Origin: Gammaproteobacteria bacterium | Lineage (GTDB): Bacteria > Pseudomonadota > Gammaproteobacteria > HTCC5015 | NCBI GenBank assembly: GCA_036274675.1 | Contig: DASUFE010000122.1 | Location: 14,095 to 78,094, forward strand | Reading direction: 5' to 3' | Length of the DNA stretch: 64,000 nt | Part shown: positions 1 to 9,611 of the stretch, in pieces | Position numbering within the stretch: the first letter of the stretch is position 1 | Layout: each line of letters starts with the position of its first letter | Program-made: the position numbers and the translations under genes | Notes under the pieces: generated by a model | The model's input: only the letters and a program-made list of their open reading frames with translations | Told to the model about the DNA's origin: nothing | Database searches by the model: none

Positions 1-535
1 CGAACACCTGCAGGGTGCCGACGCCCGGAACGCGGCTGATCGGGTCGACGATGTTGGCATTGATATAGTCCGCGATATCGTTTCGGGTCATGCTGTTGTC
101 TTCGGAAACAAAGCCGACCACCAGCAGGAAACCGCTTCTGGCCTTGTTCACGCCGACCCCCTGGCGCTGCACTTCCTGCGGCAGCAGCGGCATCGCCAGT
201 TGCAGCTTGTTCTGCACCTGCACCTGCGCCACGTCCGGGTTGACGCTGTTGTCGAAGGTCAGCGTGATGGACGCGCGCCCGCTGGACTCGCTGCTCGAGG
301 ACATGTAAATCAGCCCGTCCAGGCCCTTCATGTTCTGTTCGACGATCTGCGTCACCGAGTCCTCAACCACCTTGGCCGAGGCGCCGGGATAAGTCGCGTT
401 GACATTAATGGTCGGTGGCGCAATCGAAGGATACATGGAGACCGGCAGCTGCGTGATCGACAGCGCCCCGGCCAGCATGATGATGATCGCGATAACCCAG
501 GCGAAGATCGGCCGGTCGATAAAGAATTGCGCCAT
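1..535 (-). CDS. RND (HAE1) efflux permease, AcrB/MexB family, N-terminal fragment (gene runs off the window)
   Basis: Not in the ORF track because there is no stop in the window. My reverse-strand translation from the ATG at 535 gives [80 protein letters not shown]..., the canonical AcrB/MexB N-terminus. A GAGGAAAG RBS precedes it, and it starts 9 nt after the stop of the upstream membrane-fusion gene. Confidence 0.9.
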   Translation of the reverse strand, partial: MAQFFIDRPIFAWVIAIIIMLAGALSITQLPVSMYPSIAPPTINVNATYPGASAKVVEDSVTQIVEQNMKGLDGLIYMSSSSESSGRASITLTFDNSVNPDVAQVQVQNKLQLAMPLLPQEVQRQGVGVNKARSGFLLVVGFVSEDNSMTRNDIADYINANIVDPISRVPGVGTLQVF

Positions 536-544
536 GAGCTTTCC

Positions 545-1756
545 TCAACCTTGTTTGGCGGCGGGAGCTGCGGGAGCCGGATTGCCCATCGCGGGACTCG
601 CCGGCGGCTGGTCCGAGTCCGGGCCCGCGGGCGGCGCGAACTCGGTCGCCTGCACGGACATGCCCGGCTTGATCTTTTGCAAGCCTTCGATGATCACACG
701 GTCGCCGGCCTGGAGGCCGGCGTCGACCAGCCATTTGTCACCGATAGTGCGGCTGACCTGCACCGGGCGCGGCTGCACTGTGTTGTCCGCGGCCACTACC
801 ATCGCATTGGCGTTGCCCTTGGGGTCGCGCGAAATACCTTGCTGGGGTACAAGCAGGGCATTTTGCCGTTCACCGTTGCTGAGGGCGGCGCGCACGTACA
901 TGCCGGGCAGCAGCAGGTTGTCGGGATTGGGCACGACGACGCGCAGCGAGAAACTGCCGGTGGTTTCATCCACCGCGACATCCGCGAATTTAAGCTTGCC
1001 GTCGTGGGGATAGCGGCTGCCGTCCTCAAGCAGTATCGCCACCGGTACGTCGCTGGCTTCGGTCAGTTTGCCGGCTGCTATTTCCCGGCGCAGTTCCAGC
1101 AGTTCAGTGGCTGACTGGGTGAGGTCGACATAGATGGGGTCGAGCTGCTGCAGCGTCGCCAGCGGAGCGTCCTGGTTGGCGGTGACGAGCGCGCCCTTGG
1201 TGACGGAGGACTTGCCGATGCGGCCGCCGATCGGCGCGCTGATGCGCGCGTAATTGAGCATCACTTCAGCGCTCTCCAGTTGCGCCCGCGCGACACCGAC
1301 ATCGGCTTCGGCCTGGTGCAGTCGCGCAACCGCGTTTTCGGCGTCCTGTTTGCTGATAGCGCCGGTTTTCGTCAGTTCGGTCAGGCGTTCGGCGTTGTTG
1401 CGCGCCAGCTCGAGCGCGACCTTGGCGCTCGTCAGCGCGGCTTGCGCGCTGTGATAAGCGGCGCGCAGAGTGGCGTCATCGAGCTGGTACAGCGCCTGGC
1501 CGGCCTCGATGACGCTGCCTTCGGCGAACAACTGGTCGCGTACGATGCCGGTCACCTGCGGCCGCACTTCGGCTACCAGAAAGGGGATGGTGCGGCCCGG
1601 CAATTCCCGGGTCAGGGTCACGGTTGCGGGTTTGAGCGTTACCACCGTTACCGCCGGCGTGCTCGATGCGGGCGTGGCGCCGCCGCCGCAGGCGGCGAGG
1701 CTCAGGGTCAGCAGGATCAGCGGCAGCAGGATAGCGAAAGAGCGCGATGCGATCAT
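545..1756 (-). CDS. RND efflux membrane-fusion lipoprotein (AcrA/MexA family)
   Basis: ORF 545..1807. I chose the internal Met (MIASRSFAILLPLILLTLSLAACGG), which gives a signal peptide plus an LAAC lipobox. Typical MFP blocks are present: RELPGRT...AEVRPQVTGIV, coiled-coil hairpin, ISAPIGGRIGKSSVTKGALV. It is directly upstream of the AcrB-like gene. Confidence 0.9.
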   Translation of the reverse strand: MIASRSFAILLPLILLTLSLAACGGGATPASSTPAVTVVTLKPATVTLTRELPGRTIPFLVAEVRPQVTGIVRDQLFAEGSVIEAGQALYQLDDATLRAAYHSAQAALTSAKVALELARNNAERLTELTKTGAISKQDAENAVARLHQAEADVGVARAQLESAEVMLNYARISAPIGGRIGKSSVTKGALVTANQDAPLATLQQLDPIYVDLTQSATELLELRREIAAGKLTEASDVPVAILLEDGSRYPHDGKLKFADVAVDETTGSFSLRVVVPNPDNLLLPGMYVRAALSNGERQNALLVPQQGISRDPKGNANAMVVAADNTVQPRPVQVSRTIGDKWLVDAGLQAGDRVIIEGLQKIKPGMSVQATEFAPPAGPDSDQPPASPAMGNPAPAAPAAKQG

Positions 1757-2410
1757 GGTAACCGACTCATATATATAGAGGGGCGCGCAGAATGAACAAT
1801 CATTCACTTTTTGTCAAGCTGCCTGATGAATTGTTCGGATACCCAGCGGTTTTTTTCCGGGGGTCGGCGAGGAAGCAGGGTGAGTCCTGCCGCCTGCAAC
1901 ATAGCGCCTTTGAGCACATTCCTTTTGCTAAGCGCTTTACATGAGCCGTGGCCTTACTCACACCAGGTGACAATCGTGTTATGACAGGTCATTTTCCGGA
2001 TTGATTTCACTGGAGCCGTTTTGGATGGAGTGGGGCGGCATTGCCTCGTTATGAAAATCAATGCCTTAAGAGAAGGTCCAGAATTTTTTGGATTAGGCCC
2101 GGACTTTAAACGAGTGCGGACTTTTTTATTTTCGGGAGCACGTTTTTTTGTTCGAACCCCGCAGCTTTCATCTCCACAAACCATTGAGGTACGCTATGGT
2201 TCGGTACGTTGCCTTATTGTCATAGGGACTATAATATGGTCCGCATTCCACATAGGGCTGTCTACCGGGGAAAAGTGGAGCCGGCGGCGATAGCCCTACA
2301 TTTCCCGCCAGCATGCACGCCGTCGAGGCGGAGCGCTAGCGTTTACCATGAGTATCCGTTCCCTGTCTCACCGCGGGGACGGCCAGTCGACGAAAGGAGA
2401 GGTTAAAAGC

Positions 2411-5400
2411 ATGAACGTTTATCTGCGCTATCTTTTATTAGCGGTTACGCTTGTCGTATATACCGCGCCTACGGTCAGTCTTGGCGCCGGCGACAGTTCT
2501 TTAAACGCCAAGGGCCCGCACACCCCGCCCAGCGACAACAAGAAGGACCCCAAGCCGCCTAAGCCCCCCAAACCGCCCAAGCCGCCCAAGCCCGATCCGG
2601 AACTGCCTACGGTCAGCCTTAGCGCCAGTGGCAGTTTCTTTCATGCCAATGGCACACTGACTCTGCTAGCCAAGACCAGCGATGACAAGAAAGTCGATAA
2701 GGTGGAGTTCAAGCGGGACGGTACCGTCATTGCCACTGATAAAAAAGAACCCTTCGATTTCAAAATCGCCGTGACTTCCGCTCATAACGGTTACCACCTT
2801 TTCACCGCGACCGCCTACGACAAGAAGGGACACAACCTGACTTCCGAACCGGCGCGCGTGTTCGTCTCTATCGGCGATAAGTTTTTTGGCACTGCGCCGG
2901 ATGTCCCGGCGGATTACGCCAACATGCCCGCCTTCTTCGACCAGATCACGTCCGGCAACGGCGGTAAATGGGGCACAGTCGAGGGTACGCGCGACGAGAT
3001 GAACTGGACCTCTCTCGATACCGCCTACAATTTCGCAAAGACCAACGGCATGCGGTACAAGCACCACACGCTGATCTGGGGCCAGCAGCAGCCGGGCTGG
3101 CTGGACGGCCTGACGCCCGAAGAGCAACTCGAAGAGATCGACGAGTGGATGAGCGAGATCGCCGCGCGTTACCCGGATCTGGAAATGATCGACGTGGTCA
3201 ACGAGCCGCTGCACGCACCGGCTGGTTACAAGGCGGCCCTGGGCGGCGACGGCGCGACCGGCTGGGACTGGGTAATCAAAGCTTTTGAAATGGCGCGCCA
3301 GCATTTTCCCCGCGCACAGCTGATCCTGAACGATTACCAGATCCTGCACCTGCCGCAATTCACCAAGCAGTACCTGCAGATCATCAATCTGCTGAAAGAA
3401 CGCGGCCTGATCGACGCCATCGGCGAGCAGGGTCACTTCCTGGAGCAGACCAGCGGCGCGATGGTCAAGACCAACCTGGATTCACTGGCCGCGACCGGCC
3501 TGCCGATCTACATCACCGAATTCGATCTCAATATCGAAAACGATGCGCGCCAGGCTAACAAGATGCGCGAACTCTTTTCCGTGTTCTGGAATCATCCTTC
3601 GGTCGTCGGTGTGACGCACTGGGGCTACCTCCAGGGCGCCGTCTGGCAGACCAACGCTTACCTGATTCGCAGCGACGGCAGCTATCGTCCGTCGCTCGAC
3701 TGGGCGCTTTGCTACATGACGGGCGGCGGCGACAGCTGCACCGTGCCCGAATACACGCCCCCAGGCTGGCACGGCACCGAATTCGGCGTGACCCTGGAAG
3801 CCGAACAGTACGACGGCGGCGAAGGCGTGGTCGCGCTGGGCAGCGTGGTCGCTTACACCAATGCCGGCGACTGGATATCTTTCGCGGGTGTCGAATTCCA
3901 GCCCGGCTGGAACAAGCTGTGGGTGACCTACACCAAGGGTAACGATACGGATCTCGCCAGCCTTTCGGTCCACCTCGGCAGCCTGGCAAACGCTCCGACC
4001 GCGACCGTCAGCCTGCCTTATACCGGCGGCTGGAATAACTTCAAGACGGTCGAGGTTACCTGGCCGGCGACCTCCAGCACCGAAGACGTGTACATCAGCT
4101 TCGACGGTGATGCGGAAGCAGTCGGGAACATCGACAGCATCCGCTTCGGCAAGCCGATTCCCGAAACGGAAATCAATTTGATGCCGAACGGCGGCTTCGA
4201 GACCGGCATCACCGGCTGGAGCAGCTGGAACGGTTCCACGCTGAGCGCTTCGAGCACGCAGAAGTTCGCGGGCACCCAGAGCCTGCGCGCCACCGCGCGC
4301 CCGGACGCGAATCAGTTCGCGGTATCGCCGAACATCGGCGGTTCGCTCACGGCCGGCACCACCTATTCCGTCAGCGCGCAGGTCTACCAGACCGGCGCCG
4401 CCGCGGATACGGTGCGCATGGTCGGCAAGATCGGTTGTTCGAGCGGCGACACGTATACCTGGCTGGACAATAACACGGCGGTCGCCGCCAACACCTGGAC
4501 ACAGTTGTCCGGCAGTCTCGCCATTCCGGAGGCCTGCAGCATCACCGAAGTGCTGCTCTTCTTCGAAGGTACAGCCGCCGGTTCCGACGTCTATATCGAC
4601 GAGCTCAAGGTCGTGCCGCCTCCGGGCACCAGCCTCAACCTGATGCCGAACGGCAGTTTCGAGTCCGGTATCACGGGCTGGAGCAGCTGGAACGGCTCGA
4701 CGCTGAGCGCCTCCACGGCGCAGGCCCATGCCGGCAGCCAGAGCCTGCGCGCCACCGCGCGCCCGGACGCCAACCAGTTCGCGGTCTCGCCGAACTTTAT
4801 GGCCGGGCTCACCCCCGGCACCACCTACGGCGTGAGCGCATGGGTCTACCAGACCGGCGCCGCCGCGGACACCGTGCGCATGGTGGGCAAGGTCGGCTGT
4901 TCGAGCGGCGATACCTATACTTGGCTGGAAAACAATACCGCCGTGGCTCCCAATACCTGGACCAAACTGTCCGGCAGCCTCGCTATTCCGGCGGCCTGCT
5001 CGATGACCGATGTCGTGATCTTCTTCGAAGGCACCGCCGCGGGCTCCGATGTCTACGTCGACCAGGTCGAGGTGACCCCGCCCGCGCCCGCCGCGAACCT
5101 GGTGCCGAACGGCGGTTTCGAGATAGGCATCACCGGCTGGAGCAGCTGGAACGGCTCCGTATTAAGCGCTTCGACCGCGCAGAAATATGCAGGCGCACAG
5201 AGCCTGCGCGCCACCGCGCGTCCGGACGCGAATCAGTTCGCGGTATCGCCGAACATCGGCGGCTCGCTCACGGCCGGCACCACCTATTCCGTCAGCGCGC
5301 AGGTCTACCAGACCGGCGCCGCCGCGGATACGGTGCGTATGGTCGGCAAGATCGGCTGTTCGAGCGGCGATACTTATACATGGCTGGAGAACGATACGGC

Positions 5401-5545
5401 GGTTGCATCCGGCACCTGGACCGAGTTATCGGGCAGTCTCGCTATCCCGGCGAGTTGCGCCATTACCGAAGTGCTGATCTTCTTCGAAGGCACGACTCCG
5501 GGGTCCGACGTCTACATCGACGAGGTCAAGGTACTGGCGCCGTAA
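2411..5545 (+). CDS. Secreted multidomain endo-1,4-beta-xylanase (signal peptide, KPP linker, Ig-like domain, GH10 catalytic domain, CBM6-like module, three CBM4/9/22-type modules)
   Basis: ORF 2348..5545. Start moved to the ATG at 2411 (MNVYLRYLLLAVTLVVYTAPTVSLGAG signal peptide, AAAGGAGAG RBS). GH10 signatures: WGQQQPGW, the VVNEP acid/base block and the ITEFD nucleophile block. The CBM6-like block is LEAEQYDGGEG...GDWISFAGVEF...TGGWNNFKTV. Three repeats of about 153 aa begin NLMPNGGFE.GITGWSSWNGS. Confidence 0.9.
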   Translation: MNVYLRYLLLAVTLVVYTAPTVSLGAGDSSLNAKGPHTPPSDNKKDPKPPKPPKPPKPPKPDPELPTVSLSASGSFFHANGTLTLLAKTSDDKKVDKVEFKRDGTVIATDKKEPFDFKIAVTSAHNGYHLFTATAYDKKGHNLTSEPARVFVSIGDKFFGTAPDVPADYANMPAFFDQITSGNGGKWGTVEGTRDEMNWTSLDTAYNFAKTNGMRYKHHTLIWGQQQPGWLDGLTPEEQLEEIDEWMSEIAARYPDLEMIDVVNEPLHAPAGYKAALGGDGATGWDWVIKAFEMARQHFPRAQLILNDYQILHLPQFTKQYLQIINLLKERGLIDAIGEQGHFLEQTSGAMVKTNLDSLAATGLPIYITEFDLNIENDARQANKMRELFSVFWNHPSVVGVTHWGYLQGAVWQTNAYLIRSDGSYRPSLDWALCYMTGGGDSCTVPEYTPPGWHGTEFGVTLEAEQYDGGEGVVALGSVVAYTNAGDWISFAGVEFQPGWNKLWVTYTKGNDTDLASLSVHLGSLANAPTATVSLPYTGGWNNFKTVEVTWPATSSTEDVYISFDGDAEAVGNIDSIRFGKPIPETEINLMPNGGFETGITGWSSWNGSTLSASSTQKFAGTQSLRATARPDANQFAVSPNIGGSLTAGTTYSVSAQVYQTGAAADTVRMVGKIGCSSGDTYTWLDNNTAVAANTWTQLSGSLAIPEACSITEVLLFFEGTAAGSDVYIDELKVVPPPGTSLNLMPNGSFESGITGWSSWNGSTLSASTAQAHAGSQSLRATARPDANQFAVSPNFMAGLTPGTTYGVSAWVYQTGAAADTVRMVGKVGCSSGDTYTWLENNTAVAPNTWTKLSGSLAIPAACSMTDVVIFFEGTAAGSDVYVDQVEVTPPAPAANLVPNGGFEIGITGWSSWNGSVLSASTAQKYAGAQSLRATARPDANQFAVSPNIGGSLTAGTTYSVSAQVYQTGAAADTVRMVGKIGCSSGDTYTWLENDTAVASGTWTELSGSLAIPASCAITEVLIFFEGTTPGSDVYIDEVKVLAP
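2543..2593 (+). repeat. In-frame 9-nt tandem repeat encoding a KDPKPPKPPKPPKPPKP proline/lysine linker
   Basis: aag-ccg-ccN units are read directly in the sequence. The repeat lies between the signal peptide and the Ig-like domain of the GH10 protein. Confidence 0.85.
4175..5542 (+). repeat. Three tandem coding repeats (periods 462 and 459 nt), each encoding one CBM4/9/22-type module
   Basis: Units start at 4175, 4637 and 5096 (aat/aac-ctg/ttg-atg/gtg-ccg-aac-ggc). Units 1 and 3 share a near-identical run of about 150 nt (about 4280-4420 versus about 5201-5341). Unit 2 is more diverged. Confidence 0.9.
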
Positions 5546-5570
5546 CTACGGCACCGGATTTTTCTTATGG

Positions 5571-5602
5571 TCGGGGCCGCGAATGCGGCCCCGATTTTTT
5601 TT
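5571..5602. terminator. Intrinsic terminator between the convergent GH10 and STAS-like genes
   Basis: tcggggccgc-gaat-gcggccccga stem followed by a T8+ run. An A-run on the other side of the stem could let it act for the minus-strand gene as well. Confidence 0.8.
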
Positions 5603-5613
5603 GGGGGCGAAGT

Positions 5614-6021
5614 TCAGGCGCGCGGCGTAGAGCCGGGAGTGGCGTTCAGGAAGGACAACTGCTGCTCCAGCCAGCGCAGGGCATTGTCGCGGTCGGAAAA
5701 GATCCGCATGTTCCAATGCTTGTGCGTCGGCAGCTTCATCAGGGTTTCGCTCGCCATGCGTGAGGCATCCGAATAGGTCACCGCGGCGATGGCCTTGATT
5801 TTTTCCAGGTTCGAAATGGCGAGCTGCGCCTCGAAACTATAGGTGTACTGGTTTATTTTGTTGATCAGGATGGCGCAGGGTTCGGCCAGGAATTCGGAGA
5901 CGAACATATGGTATTCATCGATCATGTCCATATTCATCTCGATTCCCTGATCGATAATCACTTCCGCCAGGTCCTGGCGCAGCAGTGTCACGGTGCCGAA
6001 GGAAAGATCAAAGGTTTTCAT
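5614..6021 (-). CDS. Hypothetical protein, possibly SpoIIAA/STAS-like fold
   Basis: ORF 5614..6111, start trimmed to the Met of MKTFDLSFGTVTLLRQDLAEVIIDQG. The size and alternating beta/alpha-like pattern resemble STAS-type domains. The family assignment is a guess. Confidence 0.55.
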   Translation of the reverse strand: MKTFDLSFGTVTLLRQDLAEVIIDQGIEMNMDMIDEYHMFVSEFLAEPCAILINKINQYTYSFEAQLAISNLEKIKAIAAVTYSDASRMASETLMKLPTHKHWNMRIFSDRDNALRWLEQQLSFLNATPGSTPRA

Positions 6022-6147
6022 AAAGACTCGTTTGGGAACAAATAGATGGAAATCGGAACTCTCTGTATCTGAGAACGGCCATGGCCAGCAAAAGGTTCCC
6101 GCTTGAGCCATGCGGGGATCTTTTCGAGACTTGAAACCCGAATTCGT

Positions 6148-7113
6148 TCAGCATTTAGGCGAGTTCGAAATATTGCGCATCAGATCCAGCAGTACCTCGC
6201 GTTTCTTGGCGTCCTTGGCGATAGCGGGATCCGCAAGGGCGCAGGCAAGGAAGTCGCGCAACTGGTTATTATCCGCCGGTGGTTGCCGGCGCACCGAATC
6301 CAGATTGAACTTGTCCACCAGTGTGTCGACCAGTTTTTCAAAGGCGCCATAGACCACTTTGACGCCGAGTCCCACCAGGAAGGCAATACTTTTTGATTCG
6401 AGCGGAATCCCGTTCGAACTCAAGGCGGCGGGATCGATCAGGTACAGCGTGACCGCCGCCAGCACCGAAGCCAGCAGCACGCGCAAGGCCCAGCCGTGGA
6501 GACGGGCGCGATCGAAGGCGCGGTGGGTCGCGATGTTGTAGAGACGCATCAACAGGTACATGCAGGCGCCAAGCCCGCCCCAGATAAACGGAATCAGGTG
6601 CTGTAGCACATGGCGCTGGAAGAAAACAATTTCCTGTTGAAACTGGGTATAGGGCGTATCCGCGGCCTGCGCCCAGCCCGCCATGATCTCATTAAGAATG
6701 GCAAAGCCCATCAGGATAAAGGTCAGGCCGAACAGCCAGAACAGGCTGCGGCCGGCGAAGCTGGTTTCGATCAGCGTGCGGCCGTTGATAGGGTAATTCT
6801 CGATGCGGGTCTGCTTGGCGAGGCGTGCGTAGTGGCAGAGCACCTTGACCTCGGCTTCGATCTTTTTCGGCGTCATAACTTCGTCGTCGTAAAAGGGTTC
6901 GTATTCCGCGGCCGCGCGCCGCAGCAGCACCAGGGTGGTCTCATCGGGATTCGAGGGATCGGGTCCGGGTGAATCGATGCCGTTCTCGGAGGCGTAACGG
7001 ATTAACGCGTTGACTTCCTCCAGTACGATCGGCTTGGTGATATCGGAACTCCAACCCGTCAGCGCGGTATACAGCGCCTGGGTTCCTTCCTGCATGAATT
7101 TCACGATGGCCAT
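6148..7113 (-). CDS. Uncharacterised membrane protein (soluble N-terminal region of about 150 aa, then about 4-5 TM helices)
   Basis: ORF 6148..7212. Start set at MAIVKFMQEG (ATG at 7113, GAGGGAG RBS). Hydrophobic segments include LFWLFGLTFILMGFAILNEI, LIPFIWGGLGACMYLLMRL, ALRVLLASVLAAVTLYLI and IAFLVGLGVKVVYGAF. No family recognised. Confidence 0.7.
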   Translation of the reverse strand: MAIVKFMQEGTQALYTALTGWSSDITKPIVLEEVNALIRYASENGIDSPGPDPSNPDETTLVLLRRAAAEYEPFYDDEVMTPKKIEAEVKVLCHYARLAKQTRIENYPINGRTLIETSFAGRSLFWLFGLTFILMGFAILNEIMAGWAQAADTPYTQFQQEIVFFQRHVLQHLIPFIWGGLGACMYLLMRLYNIATHRAFDRARLHGWALRVLLASVLAAVTLYLIDPAALSSNGIPLESKSIAFLVGLGVKVVYGAFEKLVDTLVDKFNLDSVRRQPPADNNQLRDFLACALADPAIAKDAKKREVLLDLMRNISNSPKC

Positions 7114-7292
7114 GCGGTCTGCTCCCTCGTTGCTTGGTCCGGGTATCCTCCCGGGCTCGTAGTTATAGATCCGGCCCGCGCTATATTCATACGAATGCAG
7201 GCCGGTGTCCACGTTTTATTCGAGGTCAACCATGTCTTGAGGCGTATATGCTAGTATGTCCGCGCCTTCAGCTCACCCCAAGGAGGAAGCTT

Positions 7293-7793
7293 ATGTCGAT
7301 GTACCAGCTTTCCGTCGCGCCCCTGTTGCGCGCTCTGAACAACCTCTCCGCGATCCTGCAAAAGGGCCTGGCGCATGCCGAGGCGCGCAAGATCGATCCC
7401 GCGGTACTGTGCGGCGCCCGCCTGTTCCCCGATATGCTGCCGCTGGCACGGCAGGTGCATATCGCCGGCGATATTTCCAAGGCCTGCGGCGCGCGGCTGG
7501 CGGGCATGGAGCCGCCCCGCTACGAGGACGTGGAATTCACTTTTCCTGAATTGCAGGCCCGCATCGCCAAAACCGTGGCTTTCCTCAACACCCTGGATGC
7601 CCAGCAAGTCGATGCCTCGGAGAGCCGGCAGATCAGTTTCAAGAGCGGCGGCCATACACTCAACATGTCGGGTCTCGATTACCTTACGAAGTATGTATTG
7701 CCCAACGTGTATTTCCATGTCACTACTGCTTATGCCATTCTGCGGCACAACGGCGTGGAGCTCGGCAAGGCGGACTACCTGGGAAGACTCTGA
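7293..7793 (+). CDS. DUF1993 family protein
   Basis: ORF 7134..7793, start set at the ATG at 7293 (AGGAGGAAGCTT-ATG). The sequence MSMYQLSVAPLLRALNNLSAIL...NVYFHVTTAYAILRHNGVELGKADYLG matches my recollection of the DUF1993 pattern. Confidence 0.75.
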   Translation: MSMYQLSVAPLLRALNNLSAILQKGLAHAEARKIDPAVLCGARLFPDMLPLARQVHIAGDISKACGARLAGMEPPRYEDVEFTFPELQARIAKTVAFLNTLDAQQVDASESRQISFKSGGHTLNMSGLDYLTKYVLPNVYFHVTTAYAILRHNGVELGKADYLGRL

Positions 7794-7923
7794 TCGTTGT
7801 TCATTGATCGGCTCCGTTATTCTGAAATATCGGAGCGGCAAATAAAGGGGGGAGCAAGGCTCCCCCTCGAGGCTTCTTTAGGAATGACTCAACTCAACAA
7901 GTCACCGGCCGGATTCGAGTCCT

Positions 7924-8523
7924 TCAGCGGGAGCTGATCGTGCCGGCTGAGGCAGTCAGCGTCACACGATCCAGTTTCGCGCCGTCTTCGCGTCTCGAAA
8001 TACGCAGTGTATGAACGCCGGCCGCCAGGCTGCTGAAGGTCGCGGGCGTAATCGTTCCGTAACCATTGGTCGACACATTGTTCTGCACGGCCCAGGCGCC
8101 CCCGTCCAGCTTGTAGTGGAAGGAATCGTTGTCGGCGCCTGCCAGGTTCGCAAGCATATCGAATCTTACGCTAGATATTTGCGACAGGCTGAACGTAATC
8201 AGGACCTGGCCGCTCGAAGTATCCGAAGGCGTGCCGAAGTTCTGGTTGCTGCCGTTGTTCGGCCACTCAATTGCCTGGCCGCCCGAAGCCGCTGCATCAT
8301 TGCGCCCTACGAAGGGCGAGAAACTGCTTTGGCCTGAAAGGCTTTCAAGCTCAACCTTCAAAACATTGCTGCCCGGGCTGCCTGAAGAAGACGAACTCGA
8401 AGAAGAACTACTTGAGCTCGACGAAGAGCTGCTCGAACTCGACGAAGAACTGGAACTGCCCGGGGCTCGTTGCGATGGTATTCCTGAAGAAAAAAGAGAG
8501 GGAATAAATTCCCTCTCTGATGT
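7924..8523 (-). pseudogene. Orphan poly-serine linker plus CBM/lectin-like beta-sandwich module with no catalytic domain, signal peptide or usable start (gene remnant)
   Basis: The track ORF 7924..8361 starts at a TTG. By my reading the same frame stays open upstream to 8523 and encodes ...PSQRAPG-S(25)-GSPGSNV-LKVELESL... An in-frame TAA (8524-8526) precedes it, and no ATG/GTG/TTG lies between. The module has CBM-like features (LESL..ASGGQAIEW...DNDSFHYKLDGG...GVHTLRISRREDGAKLDRVTL). Confidence 0.5.
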
Positions 8524-8559
8524 TTATGGTGCCCCGGACAAAACCGGCATTTCGAAAGA

Positions 8560-9366
8560 TTATTGTCCCAGCTTCTGTTTCAGCTTGTCCTGGGCCGCCT
8601 TTTTCTTGGCGTCGGTTTTCTTTTTGGCGGCTGCTTTCTCCGCCTCCAGCTTGGCGTCCGCTTCTGTCTTGAGCGCTTCTTTTTGGGCGTTGAGCTTTTC
8701 CTTCAGTTCTGCGCCTATACCCTGCTTTTTAACCTCAGCCTTCACCCGGTCCAGTAACTGGTCGAGCATTTGCCTTGCGATTTCGGCTGGAGGGGCGCCC
8801 TTGGGCGCGCCCAGATTGTTCATTGTGATGGTGGGAAGTTTCAGCTGATATTCCTTGTTATCGAGCGGTACCACCAGGGCTTGCAGCTCCGCATCGCTCA
8901 GCGCTGCCTTGCTGATAATAAGCCGGGGTTCTGCGCCCGATTTTTCTTCGGGCGGAGGATTTTCCGCACTGGTGCCCAGGTTCTTGCTGAGCACATTGAG
9001 ATTCGTCTTTTTGTCGGCGTTGACTTCGAAGAACACCTGTGGCGCGGCGATGCCGATTTCCCGGATGACGATTACGTTGCCGGTCAGGCTGTTGATATCG
9101 ATTCCAACGCTGATATCGCCCAGTGAAAAGGCATAGGGCATCGAAAAGCCCGGAGGATTGGCGATGGTGAGACCGCTGATACTGGCCGAGCCTTCCTGCA
9201 GCTTGATGCGCACCCTGTCCACACGCACCTGCGTCTTGATCGCCTCGGAACCGTATTTCTCGATAGCAATCTTGACGATGTTGTCGAGATTGTGGAACAG
9301 GTAGAAGATGCCGCCGCCTATCGCGATAAACAGCAGCAGGGCAATTCCCAGGATTATTTTTTTCAT
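8560..9366 (-). CDS. Membrane-anchored hypothetical protein with a Lys/Ala/Glu-rich C-terminal tail
   Basis: ORF 8560..9366. It has an N-terminal TM anchor (MKKIILGIALLLFIAIGGGIFYLF) and a C-terminal low-complexity tail KEKLNAQKEALKTEADAKLEAEKAAAKKKTDAKKKAAQDKLKQKL. No family recognised with certainty. Confidence 0.7.
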   Translation of the reverse strand: MKKIILGIALLLFIAIGGGIFYLFHNLDNIVKIAIEKYGSEAIKTQVRVDRVRIKLQEGSASISGLTIANPPGFSMPYAFSLGDISVGIDINSLTGNVIVIREIGIAAPQVFFEVNADKKTNLNVLSKNLGTSAENPPPEEKSGAEPRLIISKAALSDAELQALVVPLDNKEYQLKLPTITMNNLGAPKGAPPAEIARQMLDQLLDRVKAEVKKQGIGAELKEKLNAQKEALKTEADAKLEAEKAAAKKKTDAKKKAAQDKLKQKLGQ

Positions 9367-9611
9367 CGGGGGTCCTTATTGCAAAACGACTGTGGCGAAA
9401 GTATGCGCTGAAATCAGGGACGGGTATAGCGCGGTAATATCTTTATGTGAGGATGTTCGCAGCCGTATAGCTATTGCGCTTGTCACAGCACTACCCGGTG
9501 CTCCCGCGCGGCGTTGAAAACCCGCTCAAAATACTTGTCTACAGGACTGGTAAATTGCACGGATTCCACGCCGGACCCCATTTCCGCCTCGGCTGGGCTG
9601 CGCTCGCAAGG

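Noticed and set aside
200-1795. Several plus-strand ORFs (200-1114, 399-1013, 1280-1795 and others) over the efflux genes
   Set aside because: These are Arg/Gly/His-rich shadow frames opposite clearly recognisable AcrB and AcrA coding sequence.
2140-2165. tRNA T-arm-like string gttcgaacccc in the acrA/GH10 intergenic region
   Set aside because: There is no acceptor stem, D-arm or anticodon arm around it, and the preceding bases are a T-run. It is not a tRNA.
4175-5542. Regular repeats of about 460 nt that could be mistaken for a repeat array
   Set aside because: The repeats are in frame inside the GH10 gene, each encodes a full protein module and there are no short spacers. This is domain triplication, not CRISPR or satellite DNA.
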